This document shows, one piece after another, positions 24,601-39,600 of a stretch of 64,000 nucleotides of DNA. The stretch covers positions 1-64,000 of the forward strand of contig OZ237777.1 in NCBI GenBank assembly GCA_965178125.1. Reading direction: 5' to 3'. The position numbers and the translations under genes are program-made. Below the pieces are notes generated by a model that did no database searches, had not been told where the DNA came from, and saw nothing but the letters and a program-made list of their open reading frames with translations. This stretch comes from Bilabrum cf. latius (Eukaryota). The stretch's first letter is position 1; the number at the start of each line of letters is the position of its first letter.

Positions 24601-27600
24601 GAGTCCGCGCAGCACCTACCGATGGGCATCGTTGCCGACGCTCGGAGTCCGCACAGCACCTACCGATGGGCATGGTTGCAGACACTCGGAGTCCGCGCAG
24701 CACCTACCGATGGGCATCGTTGCAGACACTCGGAGTCCGCGCAGCACCTACCGATGGGCATCGTTGCCGACGCTCGGAGTCCGCGCAGCACCTACCGATG
24801 GGCATCGTTGCCGACGCTCGGAGTCCGCACAGCACCTACCGATGGGCATCGCGGCCGACGCTCGGAGTCCGCACAGCACCTACCGGTGGGCATCGTTGCA
24901 GACACTCGGAGTCCGCGCAGCATCTACCGATGGGCATCGCTGCCGACGCTCGGAGTCCGTGCAGCACCTACCGATGAGCATGATTGCCGACGCTCGGAGT
25001 CCGCGCAGCTCGTACCGATGGGCATCGTTGCAGACACTCGGAGTCCGCGCAGCACCTACCGATGGGCATCGTTGCCGACGCTCGGAGTCCGCGCAGCACC
25101 TACCGATGGGCATCGATGCCGACGCTCGGAGTCCGCGCAGCACCTACCGATGGGCATCGTTGCCGACGCTCGGAGTCCGTGCAGCACCTACCGATGAGCA
25201 TGATTGCCGACGCTCGGAGTCCGTGCAGCACCTACCGATGGGCATCGTTGTCGACGCTCGGAGTCCGCGCAGCACCTACCGATGAGCATCGTTGCAGACA
25301 CTCGGAGTCCGCGCAGCACCTACCGATGGGCATCGTTGCCGACGCTCGGAGTCCGCGCAGCACCTACCGATGGGCATCGTTGCCGACGCTCGGAGTCCGC
25401 GCAGCACCTACCGATGGGCATCGTTGCCGACACTCGGAGTCCGCGCAGCACCTACCGATGGGCATCGTTGCCGACGCTCGGAGTCCGCGCAGCACATACC
25501 GATGGGCATCGCGGCCGACGCTCGGAGTCCGCGCAGCACCTACCGATGGGCATCTATGTCGACGCTCGGAGTCCGCGCAGCACCTACCGATGAGCATCGT
25601 TGCAGACACTCGGAGTCCGCGCAGCATCTACCGATGGGCATCGTTGCCGACGCTCGGAGTCCGCGCAGCACGTACCGATGGGCATCGTTGCCGACGCTCG
25701 GAGTCCGCGCAGCACCTACCGATGGGCATCGTTGCCGACGCTCGGAGTCCGCGCAGCACCTACCGATGGGCATCGATGTCAACGCTCGGAGTCCGCGCAG
25801 CACCTACCGATGGGCATCGATGTCAACGCTCGGAGTCCGCGCAGCACCTACCGATGGGCATCGTTGCCGACGCTCGGAGTCCGCACAGCACCTACCGATG
25901 GGCATCGTTGCAGACGCTCGGAGTCCGTGCAGCACCTACCGATGGGCATCGTTGCAGACACTCGGAGTCCGCGCAGCACATACCGATGGGCATCGTTAGC
26001 ACGAGCGATGAGCATGGTTGCCGACGCTCGGAGTCCGCGCAGCACCTACCGATGGGCATCGTTGCCGATGCTCGGAGTCCGTGCAGCACCTACCGATGGG
26101 CATCGTTGCAGACACTCGGAGTCCGCGCAGCACCTACCGATGGGCATCGTTAGCACGAGCGATGAGCATGGTTGCCGACGCTCGGAGTCCGCACAGCACC
26201 TACCGATGGGCATCTATGTCGACGGTCGGAGTCCGCGCAGCACGTACCGATGGGCATCGTTGCCGACGCTCGGAGTCCGCACAGCACCTACCGATGGGCA
26301 TCGTTGCCGACGCTCGGAGTCCGTGCAGCACCTACCGATGGGCATCGTTGCTGACGCTCGGAGTCCGTGCAGCACCTACCGATGGGCATCGTTAGCACGA
26401 GCGATGAGCATGGTTGCCGACGCTCGGAGTCCGCACAGCACCTACCGATGGGCATTGTTAGCACCTACCGATGGGCATCTATGCCGACGCTCGGAATCCG
26501 TGCAGCACCTACCGATGGGCATCGTTGCCGACGCTCGGAGTCCGCGCAGCACCTACCGATGGGCATCGTTGCCGACACTCTGAGTCCGCGCAGCACCTAC
26601 CGATGGGCATCGTTGCCGACGCTCGGAGTCTGTGCAGCACCTACCGATGGGCATCGTTAGCACGAGCGATGGGCATGGTTGCCGACGCTCGGAGTCCGCG
26701 CAGCACCTACCGATGGGCATCGTTGCCGACGCTCGGAGTCCGCGCAGCACGTACCGATGGGCATCGTTGCCGACGCTCGGAGTCCGCACAGCACCTACCG
26801 ATGGGCATCGTTGCCGACGCTCGGAGTCCGTGCAGCACCTACCGATGGGCATCGTTGCAGACACTCGGAGTCCGCGCAGCACATACCGATGGGCATCGTT
26901 AGCACGAGCGATGAGCATGGTTGCCGACGCTCGGAGTCCGCGCAGCACCTACCGATGGGCATCGTTGCCGACGCTCGGAGTCCGCACAGCACGTACCGAT
27001 GGGCATCGTTGCAGACACTCGGAGTCCGCGCAGCACCTACCGATGGGCATCGTTAGCACGAGCGATGAGCATGGTTGCCGACGTCCGGAGTCCGCACAGC
27101 ACCTACCGATGGGCATCTATGTCGACGGTCGGAGTCCGCGCAGCACGTACCGATGGGCATCGTTGCCGACGCTCGGAGTCCGCACAGCACCTACCGATGG
27201 GCATCGTTGCCGACGCTCGGAGTCCGTGCAGCACCTACCGATGGGCATCGTTAGCACGAGCGATGAGCATGGTTGCCGACGTCCGGAGTCCGCACAGCAC
27301 CTACCGATGGGCATCTATGTCGACGGTCGGAGTCCGCGCAGCACGTACCGATGGGCATCGTTGCCGACGCTCGGAGTCCGCACAGCACCTACCGATGGGC
27401 ATCGTTGCTGACGCTCGGAGTCCGTGCAGCACGTACCGATGGGCATCGTTAGCACGAGCGATGAGCATGGTTGCCGACGCTCGGAGTCCGCGCAGCACCT
27501 ACCGATGGGCATCGTTAGCACGAGCGATGGGCATCGTTGCCGACGCTCGGAGTCCGCGCAGCACCTACCGATGGGCATCGTTAGCACGAGCGATGAGCAT

Positions 27601-30600
27601 GGTTGCCGACGCTCGGAGTCCGCACAGCACCTACCGATGGGCATCGTTGCCGACGGTCGGAGTCCGCGCAGCACGTACCGATGGGCATCGTTGCCGACGC
27701 TCGGAGTCCGTGCAGCACATACCGATGGGCATCGTCGCCGACGCTCGGAGTCCGCGCAGCACCTACCGATGGGCATCGTTGCCGACGCTCGGAGTCTGTG
27801 CAGCACCTACCGATGGGCATCGTTAGCACGAGCGATGGGCATCGTTGCCGACGCTCGGAGTCCGCGCAGCACCTACCGATGGGCATCGTTGCCGACGCTC
27901 GGAGTCCGCGCAGCACGTACCGATGGGCATCGTTGCCGACGCTCGGAGTCCGCACAGCACCTACCGATGGGCATCGTTGCCGACGCTCGGAGTCCGTGCA
28001 GCACCTACCGATGGGCATCGTTGCAGACACTCGGAGTCCGTGCAGCACCTACCGATGGGCATCGTTAGCACGAGCGATGAGCATGGTTGCCGACGTCCGG
28101 AGTCCGCACAGCACCTACCGATGGGCATCTATGTCGACGGTCGGAGTCCGCGCAGCACGTACCGATGGGCATCGTTGCCGACGCTCGGAGTCCGCACAGC
28201 ACCTACCGATGGGCATCGTTGCTGACGCTCGGAGTCCGTGCAGCACGTACCGATGGGCATCGTTAGCACGAGCGATGAGCATGGTTGCCGACGCTCGGAG
28301 TCCGCACAGCACCTACCGATGGGCATTGTTAGCACCTACCGATGGGCATCTATGCCGACGCTCGGAATCCGTGCAGCACCTACCGATGGGCATCTATGCC
28401 GACGCTCGGAGTCCGCGCAGCACCTACCGATGGGCATCGTTGCCGACACTCGGAGTCCGCGCAGCACCTACCGATGGGCATCGTTGCCGACGCTCGGAGT
28501 CTGTGCAGCACCTACCGATGGGCATCGTTAGCACGAGCGATGGGCATCGTTGCCGACGCTCGGAGTCCCTGCAGCACCTACCGATGGGCATCGTTTCCGA
28601 CGCTCGGAGTCCGTGCAGCACCTACCGATGGGCATCGTTGCCGACACTCGGAGTCCGTGCAGCACATACCGATGGGCATCGTTGCCGACGCTCGGAGTCC
28701 GCGCAGCACCTACCGATGGGCATCGCGGCGGACGCTCGGAGTCCGTGCAGCACCTACCGATGGGCATGGTTGCCGAGACTCGGAGTCCGTGCAGCACATA
28801 CCGATGGGCATCGTCGCCGACGCTCGGAGTCCGTGCAGCACCTACCGATGGCCATCGTTGCCGACGCTCGGAGTCCGTGCAGCACCTACCGATGGGCATC
28901 GATAGCACGAGCGATGGGCATCGTTGTCGACGCTCGGAGTCCGTGCAGCACCTACCGATGGGCATCGTTGCCGACGCTCGGAGTCCGCGCAGCACCTACC
29001 GATGGTGATCGTTAGCACGAGCGATGAGCATGGTTGCCGACGCTCGGAGTCCGCGCAGCACCTACCGATGGGTATCGTTAGCACCTACCGATGGGCATCG
29101 TTGCCGACGCTCGGAGTCCGTGCAGCACCTACCGATGGGCATCGTTAGCACGACCGATGGGCATCGTTGCCGACGCTCGGAGTCCGCGCAGCACCTACCG
29201 ATGAGCATCGTTAGCACGAGCGATGGGCATCGTTGTCGACGCTCGGAGTCCGTGCAGCACCTACCGATGGGCATCGATGCCGACGTTCGGAGTCCGCGCA
29301 GCACCTACCGATGGGCATTGTTAGCACCTACCGATTGGCATCGATGCCGACGCTCGGAGTCCGCGCAGCACCTACCGATGGGCATCGTTGCCGACGCTCG
29401 GAGTCCGTGCAGCACCTACCGATGGGCATCGTTAGCACCTACCGATGGGCATCGTTGTCGACGCTCGGAGTCCGTGCAGCACCTACCGATGGGCATCGTT
29501 AGCACGAGCGATGGGCATCGTTGCCGACGCTCGGAGTCCGCGCAGCACGTACCGATGGGCATCGTTGCCGACGCTCGGAGTCCGCGCAGCACCTACCGAT
29601 GGGCATTGTTAGCACGTACCGATGGGCATCGTTGCCGACGCTCGGAGTCCGCGCAGCACCTACCGATGGGCATCGTTGCTGACGCTCGGAGTCCGCGCAG
29701 CACATACCGATGGGCATCGTTGCCGACACTCGGATTCCGCGCAGCACCTACCGATTGGCATCGATGTCAACGCTCGGAGTCCGCGCAGCACCTACCGATG
29801 GGCATCGTTAGCACGAGCGATGGGCATCGTTGCCGACGCTCGGAGTCCGCGCAGCACCTACCGATGGGCATCGTTGCCGACACTCGGAGTCCGCGCAGCA
29901 CCTACCGATGGGCATCGTTGCCGACGCTCGGAGTCCGCGCAGCACCTACCGATGGGCATCGTCGCCGACACTCGGAGTCCGCGCAGCACCTACCGATGGG
30001 CATCGATGTCAACGCTCGGAGTCCGCGCAGCACCTACCGATGGGCATCGTTAGCACGAGCGATGGGCATCGTTGTCGACGCTCGGAGTCCGTGCAGCACC
30101 TACCGATGGGCATCGTTAGCACAAGTGATGGGCATCGTTGTCGACGCTCGGAGTCCGCGCAGCACGTACCGATGGGCATCGTTGTCGACGCTCGGAGTCC
30201 GCGCAGCACCTACCGATGGGCATCGATGCCGACGCTCGGAGTCCGCGCAGCACGTACCGATGGGCATCGATGTCAACGCTCGGAGTCCGTGCAGCACCTA
30301 CCGATTGGCATCGTTACCGACGCTCGGAGTCCGCGCAGCACCTACCGATGGGCATTGTTAGCATCTACCGATTGGCATCGATGCCGACGCTCGGAGTCCG
30401 CGCAGCACCTACCGATGGGCATCGTTGCAGACACTCGGAGTCCGCGCAGCACATACCGATGGGCATCGTTGCCGACGCTCGGAGTCCGCGCAGCACCTAC
30501 CGATGGGCATCGTTGTCGACGCTCGGAGTCCGCGCAGCACGTACCGATGGGCATCGTTGTCGACGCTCGGAGTCCGTGCAGCACCTTCCGATGGGCATCG

Positions 30601-33600
30601 TTACCGACGCTCGGAGTCCGCGCAGCACCTACCGATGGGCATTGTTAGCATCTACCGATTGGCATCGATGCCGACGCTCGGAGTCCGCGCAGCACCTACC
30701 GATGGGCATCGTTGCAGACACTCGGAGTCCGCGCAGCACATACCGATGGGCATCGTCGCCGACGCTCGGAGTCCGCGCAGCACCTACCGATGGGCATCGC
30801 GGCGGACGCTCGGAGTCCGTGCAGCACGTACCGATGGGCATCGTTGTCGACGCTCGGAGTCCGCGCAGCACCTACGGATGGGCATCGTTGCCGACGCTCG
30901 GAGTCCGCGCAGCACCTACCGATGGGCATTGTTAGCATCTACCGATTGGCATCGATGCCGACGCTCGGAGTCCGCGCAGCACCTACCGATGGGCATCGTT
31001 GCCGACGCTCGGAGTCCGCGCAGCACCTACCGATGGGCATCGTCGCCGACGCTCGGAGTCCGCGCAGCACCTACCGATGGGCATCGCGGCGGACGCTCGG
31101 AGTCCGTGCAGCACCTACCGATGGGCATCGTTAGCACGAGCGATGGGCATCGTTGTCGACGCTCGGAGTCCGTGCAGCACCTACCGATGGGCATCGTTAG
31201 CACGAGCGATGGGCATCGTTGCCGACGCTCGGAGTCCGCGCAGCACCTACCGATGGGCATCGTTAGCACGAGCGATGGGCATCGTTGTCGACGCTCGGAG
31301 TCCGCGCAGCACCTACCGATGGGCATCGTTGCCGACGCTCGGAGTCCGTGCAGCACCTACCGATGGGCATCGTTGCCGACGCTCGGAGTCCGCGCAGCAC
31401 CTACCGATGGGCATTGTTAGCATCTACCGATTGGCATCGATGCCGACGCTCGGAGTCCGTGCAGCACCTACCGATGGGCATCGTTGCAGACACTCGGAGT
31501 CCGCGCAGCACATACCGATGGGCATCGTTGTCGACGCTCGGAGTCCGCGCAGCACCTACCGATGGGCATCGCGGCGGACGCTCGGAGTCCGTGCAGCACC
31601 TACCGATGGGCATCGTTAGCACGAGCGATGGGCATCGTTGTCGACGCTCGGAGTCCGTGCAGCACCTACCGATGGGCATCGTTAGCACGAGCGATGGGCA
31701 TCGATGCCGACGCTCGGAGTCCGCGCAGCACCTACCGATGGGCATCGTTAGCACGAGCGATGGGCATCGTTGTCGACGCTCGGAGTCCGCGCAGCACCTA
31801 CCGATGGGCATCGTTGCCGACGCTCGGAGTCCGTGCAGCACCTACCGATGGGCATTTTTGCCGACGCTCGGAGTCCGTGCAGCACCTACCGATGCGCATC
31901 GTTAGCACGAGCGATGGGCATCGTTGTCGACGCTCGGAGTCCGTGCAGCACCTACCGATGGGCATCGTTAGCACGAGCGATGGGCATCGTTGTCGACGCT
32001 CGGAGTCCGCGCAGCACCTACCGATGGGCATCGATAGCACGAGCAATGGGCATCGTTGTCGACGCTCGGAGTCCGTGCGTCACCTACCGATGGTCATCGT
32101 TAGCACGAGCGATGGGCATCGATGTCGACGCTCGGAGTCCGCGCAGCACCTACCGATGGGCATCGTTAGCACGAGCGATGGGCATCGTTGTCGACGCTCG
32201 GAGTCCGCGCAGCACCTACCGATGGGCATCGTTGCCGACGCTCGGAGTCCGTGCAGCACCTACCGATGGGCATCGTTGCCGACGCTCGGAGTCCGTGCAG
32301 CACCTACCGATGCGCATCGTTAGCACGAGCGATGGGCATCGTTGTCGACGCTCGGAGTCCGTGCAGCACCTACCGATGGGCATCGTTGCCGACGCTCGGA
32401 GTCCGCGCAGCACGTACCGATGGGCATCGTTTCCGACGCTCGGAGTCCGCACAGCACCTACCGATGGGCATCGTTGCCGACGCTCGGAGTCCGCGCAGCA
32501 TCTACCGATGGGCATCGATGTCAAAGCTCGGAGTCCGCGCAGCACCTACCGATGGGCATCGTTGCAGACACTCGGAGTCCGCGCAGCACATACCGATGGG
32601 CATCGTTGCCGACGCTCGGAGTCCGCGCAGCACCTACCGATGGGCATCGTTGCCGACGCTCGGAGTCCGCGCAGCACCTACCGATGGGCATCGCGGCCGA
32701 CGCTCGGAGTCCGCGCAGCACCTACCGATGGGCATCGATGTCGACGGTCGGAGTCCGCGCAGCACCTACCGATGGGCATCGTTGCCGACGCTCGGAGTCC
32801 GCGCAGCACATACCGATGGGCATCGTTGCCGACGCTCGGAGTCCGCGCAGCACCTACCGATGGGCATCGTTGCAGACACTCGGAGTCCGCGCAGCACGTA
32901 CCGATGGGCATCGTTGCCGACACTCGGAGTCCGCGCAGCACCTACCGATGGGCATCTATGCCGACGCTCGGACTCCGCGCAGCACCTACCGATGGGCATC
33001 GTTGCCGACGCTCGGAGTCCGCGCAGCACCTACCGATGGGCATCGTTGCCGACGCTCGGAGTCCGCGCAGCACCTACCGATGGGCATCGCGGCCGACGCT
33101 CGGAGTCCGTGCAGCACCTACCGATGGGCATCGTTGTCGACGCTCGGAGTCCGCGCAGCACCTACCGATGAGCATCGTTGCAGACACTCGGAGTCCGCGC
33201 AGCATCTACCGATGGGCATCGATTTCAACGCTCGGAGTCCGCGCAGCACCTACCGATGGGCATCGATGCCGACGCTCGGAGTCCGCGCAGCACCTACCGA
33301 TGGGCATCGTTGCCGACGCTCGGAGTCCGTGCAGCACCTACCGATGGGCATCTACGTCGACGGTCGGAGTCCGCGCAGCACGTACCGATGGGCATCGTTG
33401 CCGACGCTCGGAGTCCGCACAGCACCTACCGATGAGCATGGTTGCCGACGCTCGGAGTCCGCACAGCACCTACCGATGGGCATCGTTGCCGACGCTCGGA
33501 GTCCGTGCAGCACCTACCGATGGGCATCGTTGCAGACACTCGGAGTCCGCGCAGCACCTACCGATGGGCATCGTTAGCACGAGCGATGAGCATCGTTGCC

Positions 33601-36600
33601 GACGCTCGGAGTCCGCACAGCACCTACCGATGGGCATCTATGTCGACGCTCGGAGTCCGTGCAGCACGTACCGATGGGCATCGTTGCCGACGCTCGGAGT
33701 CCGCACAGCACCTACCGATGGGCATCGTTGCCGACGCTCGGAGTCCGCACAGCACCTACCGATGGGCATCGAAGTCAACGCTCGGAGTCCGCGCAGCACC
33801 TACCGATGGGCATCGTTAGCACGAGCGATGAGCATGGTTGCCGACGCTCGGAGTCCGCACAGCACCTACCGATGGGCATCGTTGCCGACGCTCGGAGTCC
33901 GCACAGCACCTACCGATGGGCATCGTTGCCGACGCTCGGAGTCCGTGCAGCACCTACCGATGGGCATCGTTGCCGACGCTCGGAGTCCGTGCAGCACCTA
34001 CCGATGGGCATCGTTGCAGACACTCGGAGTCCGCGCAGCACCTACCGATGGGCATCGTTAGCACGAGCGATGAGCATGGTTGCCGACGCTCGGAGTCCGC
34101 ACAGCACCTACCGATGGGCATCGTTGCCGACGCTCGGAGTCCGCACAGCACCTACCGATGGGCATCGTTGCCGACGCTCGGAGTCCGCGCAGCACCTACC
34201 GATGGGCATCGTTGCAGACACTCGGAGTCCGCGCAGCACCTACCGATGGGCATCGTTAGCACGAGCGATGAGCATGGTTGCCGACGCTCGGAGTCCGCAC
34301 AGCACCTACCGATGGGCATCTATGTCGACGGTCGGAGTCCGCGCAGCACCTACCGATGGGCATCGTTGCCGACGCTCGGAGTCCGCGCAGCACCTACCGA
34401 TGGGCATCGTTAGCACGAGCGATGAGCATGGTTGCCGACGCTCGGAGTCCGCGCAGCACCTACCGATGGGCATCGTTAGCACCTACCGATGGGCATCTAT
34501 GCCGACGCTCGGAATCCGTGCAGCACCTACCGATGGGCATCGTTGCCGACGCTCGGAGTCCGCGCAGCACCTACCGATGGGCATCGATGCCGACACTCGG
34601 AGTCCGCGCAGCACCTACCGATGGGCATCGTTGCCGACGCTCGGAGTCTGTGCAGCACCTACCGATGGGCATCGGTAGCACGAGCGATGGGCATGGTTGT
34701 CGACGCTCGGAGTCCGCGCAGCACATACCGATGGGCATCGTTTCCGCCGCTCGGAGTCCGTGCAGCACCTACCGATGGGCATCGTTTCCGACGCTCGGAG
34801 TCCGTGCAGCACATACCGATGGGCATCGTTGCCGACGCTCGGAGTCCGCGCAGCACCTACCGATGGGCATCGTTGCCGACGCTCGGAGTCCGCGCAGCAC
34901 CTACCGATGGGCATCGCGGCCGACGCTCAGAGTCCGCGCAGCACCTACCGATGGGCATCGTTGCCGACGCTCGGAGTCCGTGCAGCACATACCGATGGGC
35001 ATCGTCGCCGACGCTCGGAGTCCGCGCAGCACCTACCGATGGGCATCGCGGCGGACGCTCGGAGTCCGTGCAGCACCTACCGATGGGCATTTTTGCCGAC
35101 GCTCGGAGTCCGCGCAGCACCTACCGATGGGCATCGTTGCCGACGCTCGGAGTCCGTGCAGCACCTACCGATGGGCATCGTTAGCACGAGCGATGGGCAT
35201 CGTTGTCGACGCTCGGAGTCCGTGCAGCACCTACCGATGGGCATCGTTTCCGACGCTCGGAGTCCGTGCAGCACGTACCGATGGGCATCGGTGCCGACAC
35301 TCGGAGACCGCGCAGCACATACCGATGGGCATCGTTGCCGACGCTCGGAGTCCGCGCAGCACCTACCGATGGTCATCGTTAGCACGAGCGATGAGCATGG
35401 TTGCCGACGCTCGGAGTCCGCGCAGCACCTACCGATGGGCATCGTTAGCACCTACCGATGGGCATCGTTGCCGACGCTCGGAGTCCGTGCAGCACCTACC
35501 GATGGGCATCGTTAGCACGAGCGATGGGCATCGTTGCCGACGCTCGGAGTCCGCACAGCACCTACCGATGGGCATCGTTAGCACGAGCGATGGGCATCGT
35601 TGTCGACGCTCGGAGTCCGCGCAGCACCTACCGATGGGCATCGTTGCAGACGCTCGGAGTCCGCGCAGCACCTACCGATGGGCATCGATGCCGATGTTCG
35701 GAGTCCACGCAGCACCTACCGATGGGCATTGTTAGCACCTACCGATTGGCATCGATGCCGACGCTCGGAGTCCGCGCAGCACCTACCGATGGGCATCGTT
35801 GCTGACGCTCGGAGTCCGTGCAGCACCTACCGATGGGCATCGTTAGCACCTACCGATGAGCATGGTTGTCGACGCTCGGAGTCCGCGCAGCACGTACCGA
35901 TGGGCATCGTTGCAGACACTCGGAGTCCGCGCAGCACATACCGATGGGCATTGTTAGCACGTACCGATGGGCATCGTTGCCGACGCTCGGAGTCCGCGCA
36001 GCACCTACCGATGGGCATCGTTGCTGACGCTCGGAGTCCGCGCAGCACATACCGATGGGCATCGTCGCCGACACTCGGAGTCCGCGCAGCACCTACCGAT
36101 GGGCAACGTTAGCACGAGCAATGGGCATCGTTGCCGACGCTCGGAGTCCGCGCAGCACCTACCGATGGGCATCGTTGCCGACGCTCGGAGTCCGCACAGC
36201 ACCTACCGATGGGCATCGATGTCAACGCTCGGAGTCCGCGCAGCACCTACCGATGGGCATCGTCGCCGACACTCGGAGTCCGCGCAGCACCTACCGATGG
36301 GCATCGATGTCAACGCTCGGCGTCCGCGCAGCACCTACCGATGGGCATCGTTAGCACGAGCGATGGGCATCGTTGTCGACGCTCGGAGTCCGCGCAGCAC
36401 CTACCGATGGGCATCGTTAGCACGAGTGATGGGCATCGTTGTCGACGCTCGGAGACCGCGCAGCACCTACCGATGGGCATCGTTGTCGACGCTCGGAGTC
36501 CGTGCAGCACCTACCGATGGGCATCGTTACCGACGCTCGGAGTCCGCGCAGCACCTACCGATGGGCATCGTTGCAGACACTCGGAGTCCGCGCAGCACAT

Positions 36601-39600
36601 ACCGATGGGCATCGTCGCCGATGCTCGGAGTCCGCGCAGCACCTACCGATGGGCATCGCGGCGGACGCTCGGAGTCCGTGCAGCACGTACCGATGGGCAT
36701 CGTTGCCGACGCTCGGAGTCCGCGCAGCACCTACGGATGGGCATCGTTGCCGACGCTCGGAGTCCGCGCAGCACGTACCGATGGGCATCGTTGCCGACGC
36801 TCGGACTCCGCGCAGCACCTACCGATGGGCATTGTTAGCATCTACCGATTGGCATCGATGCCGACGCTCGGAGTCCGCGCAGCACCTACCGATGGCCATC
36901 GTTGCAGACACTCGGAGTCCGCGCAGCACATACCGATGGGCATCGTTGCAGACACTCGGAGTCCGCGCAGCACATACCGATGGGCATCGTCGCCGACGCT
37001 CGGAGTCCGTGCAGCACCTACCGATGGGCATCGCGGCGGACGCTCGGAGTCCGTGCAGCACGTACCGATGGGCATCGTTGCCGACGCTCGGAGTCCGCAC
37101 AGCACGTACCGATGGGCATCGTTGCCGACGCTCGGAGTCCGCGCAGCACCTACCGATGGGCATCGTTGCAGACACTCGGAGTCCGCGCAGCACATACCGA
37201 TGGGCATCGTCGCCGACGCTCGGAGTCCGCGCAGCACCTACCGATGGGCATCGCGGCGGACGCTCGGAGTCCGTGCAGCACGTACCGATGGGCATGGTTG
37301 CCGACGCTCGGAGTCCGCGCAGCACCTACCGATGGGCATCGTTGCCGACGCTCGGAGTCCGCGCAGCACGTACCGATGGGCATCGTTGCCGACGCTCGGA
37401 GTCCGCGCAGCACCTACCGATGGGCATCGTTAGCACGAGCGATGGGCATCGTTGCCGACGCTCGGAGTCCGTGCAGCACCTACCGATGGGCATCGTTAGC
37501 ACGAGCGATGGGCATCGTTGTCGACGCTCGGAGTCCGCGCAGCACGTACCGATGGGCATCGTTAGCACGAGCGATGGGCATCGTTGTCGACGCTCGGAGT
37601 CCGCGCAGCACCTACCGATGGGCATCGTTGCCGACGCTCGGAGTCCGTGCAGCACCTACCGATGGGCATCGTTGCCGACGCTCGGAGTCCGCGCAGCACC
37701 TACCGATGGGCATCGTTAGCACGAGCGATGGGCATCGTTGTCGACGCTCGGAGTCCGCGCAGCACCTACCGATGGGCATCGTTAGCACGAGCGATGGGCA
37801 TCGTTGCCGACGCTCGGAGTCCGCGCAGCACCTACCGATGGGCATCGTTAGCACGACCGATGGGCATCGTTGCCGACGCTCGGAGTCCGCGCAGCACCTA
37901 CCGATGGGCATCGTTAGCACGAGCGATGGGCATCGTTGTCGACGCTCGGAGTCCGTGCAGCACCTACCGATGGGCATCGTTAGCACGAGCGATGGGCATC
38001 GTTGCCGACGCTCGGAGTCCGCGCAGCACCTACCGATGGGCATCGTTGCCGACGCTCGGAGTCCGCGCAGCACCTACCGATGGGCATCGTTAGCACGAGC
38101 GATGGGCATCGTTGCCGACGCTCGGAGTCCGCGCAGCACCTACCGATGGGCATCGTTGCCGACGCTCGGAGTCCGCGCAGCACCTACCGATGGGCATCGT
38201 TAGCACGAGCGATGGGCATCGTTGCCGACGCTCGGAGTCCGCGCAGCACCTACCGATGGGCATCGTTGCCGACGCTCGGAGTCCGCGCAGCACCTACCGA
38301 TGGGCATCGTTAGCACGAGCGATGGGCATCGTTGCCGACGCTCGGAGTCCGCGCAGCACCTACCGATGGGCATCGTTGTCGACGCTCGGAGTCCGCGCAG
38401 TACATACCGATGGGCATCGTCGCCGACGCTCGGAGTCCGCGCAGCACCTACCGATGGGCATCGCGGCGGACGCTCGGAGTCCGTGCAGCGCCTACCGATG
38501 GGCATCGTTAGCACGAGCGATGGGCATCGTTGTCGACGCTCGGAGTCCGTGCAGCACCTACCGATGGGCATCGTTAGCACGAGCGATGGGTATCGTTGTC
38601 GACGCTCGGAGTCCGCGCAGCACCTACCGATGGGCATCGATAGCACGAGCGATGGGCATCGTTGTCGACGCTCGGAGTCCGCGCAGCACCTACCGATGGG
38701 CATCGTTGCCGACGCTCGGAGTCCGTGCAGCACGTACCGATGGGCATCGTTGCCAACGCTCGGAGTCCGCGCAGCACCTACCGATGGGCATCGTTGCCGA
38801 CGCTCGGAGTCCGTGCAGCACCTACCGATGGGCATCGTTAGCACGAGCGATGGGCATCGTTGTCGACGCTCGGAGTCCGCGCAGCACCTACCGATGGGCA
38901 TCGTTAGCACGAGCGATGGGCATCGTTGTCGACGCTCGGAGTCCGCGCAGCACCTACCGATGGGCATCGTTGCCGACGCTCGGAATCCGTGCAGCACCTA
39001 CCGATGGGCATCGTTAGCACGAGCGATGGGCATCGTTGTCGACGCTCGGAGTCCGCGCAGCACCTACCGATGGGCATCGTTAGCACCTACCGATGGGCAT
39101 CGTTGCCGACGCTCGGAGTCCGTGCAGCACCTACCGATGGGCATCGTTGTCGACGCTCGGAGTCCGCGCAGCACCTACCGATGGGCATCGTTAGCACCTA
39201 CCGATGGGCATCGTTGCCGACGCTCGGAGTCCGTGCAGCACCTACCGATGGGCATCGTTAGCACCTACCGATGGGCATCGCGGCGGACGCTCGGAGTCCG
39301 TGCAGCACCTACCGATGGGCATCGTTGCCGACGCTCGGAGTCCGCGCAGCACCTTCCGATGGGCATCGTTAGCATCTACCGATGGGCATCGCGGCGGACG
39401 CTCGGAGTCCGTGCAGCACCTACCGATGGGCATCGTTAGCACGAGCGATGGGCATCGTTGTCGACGCTCGGAGTCCGTGCAGCACCTACCGATGGGCATC
39501 GTTAGCACGACCGATGGGCATCGTTGCCGACGCTCGGAGTCCGCGCAGCACCTACCGATGGGCATCGTTAGCACCTACCGATGGGCATCGTCGCCGACGC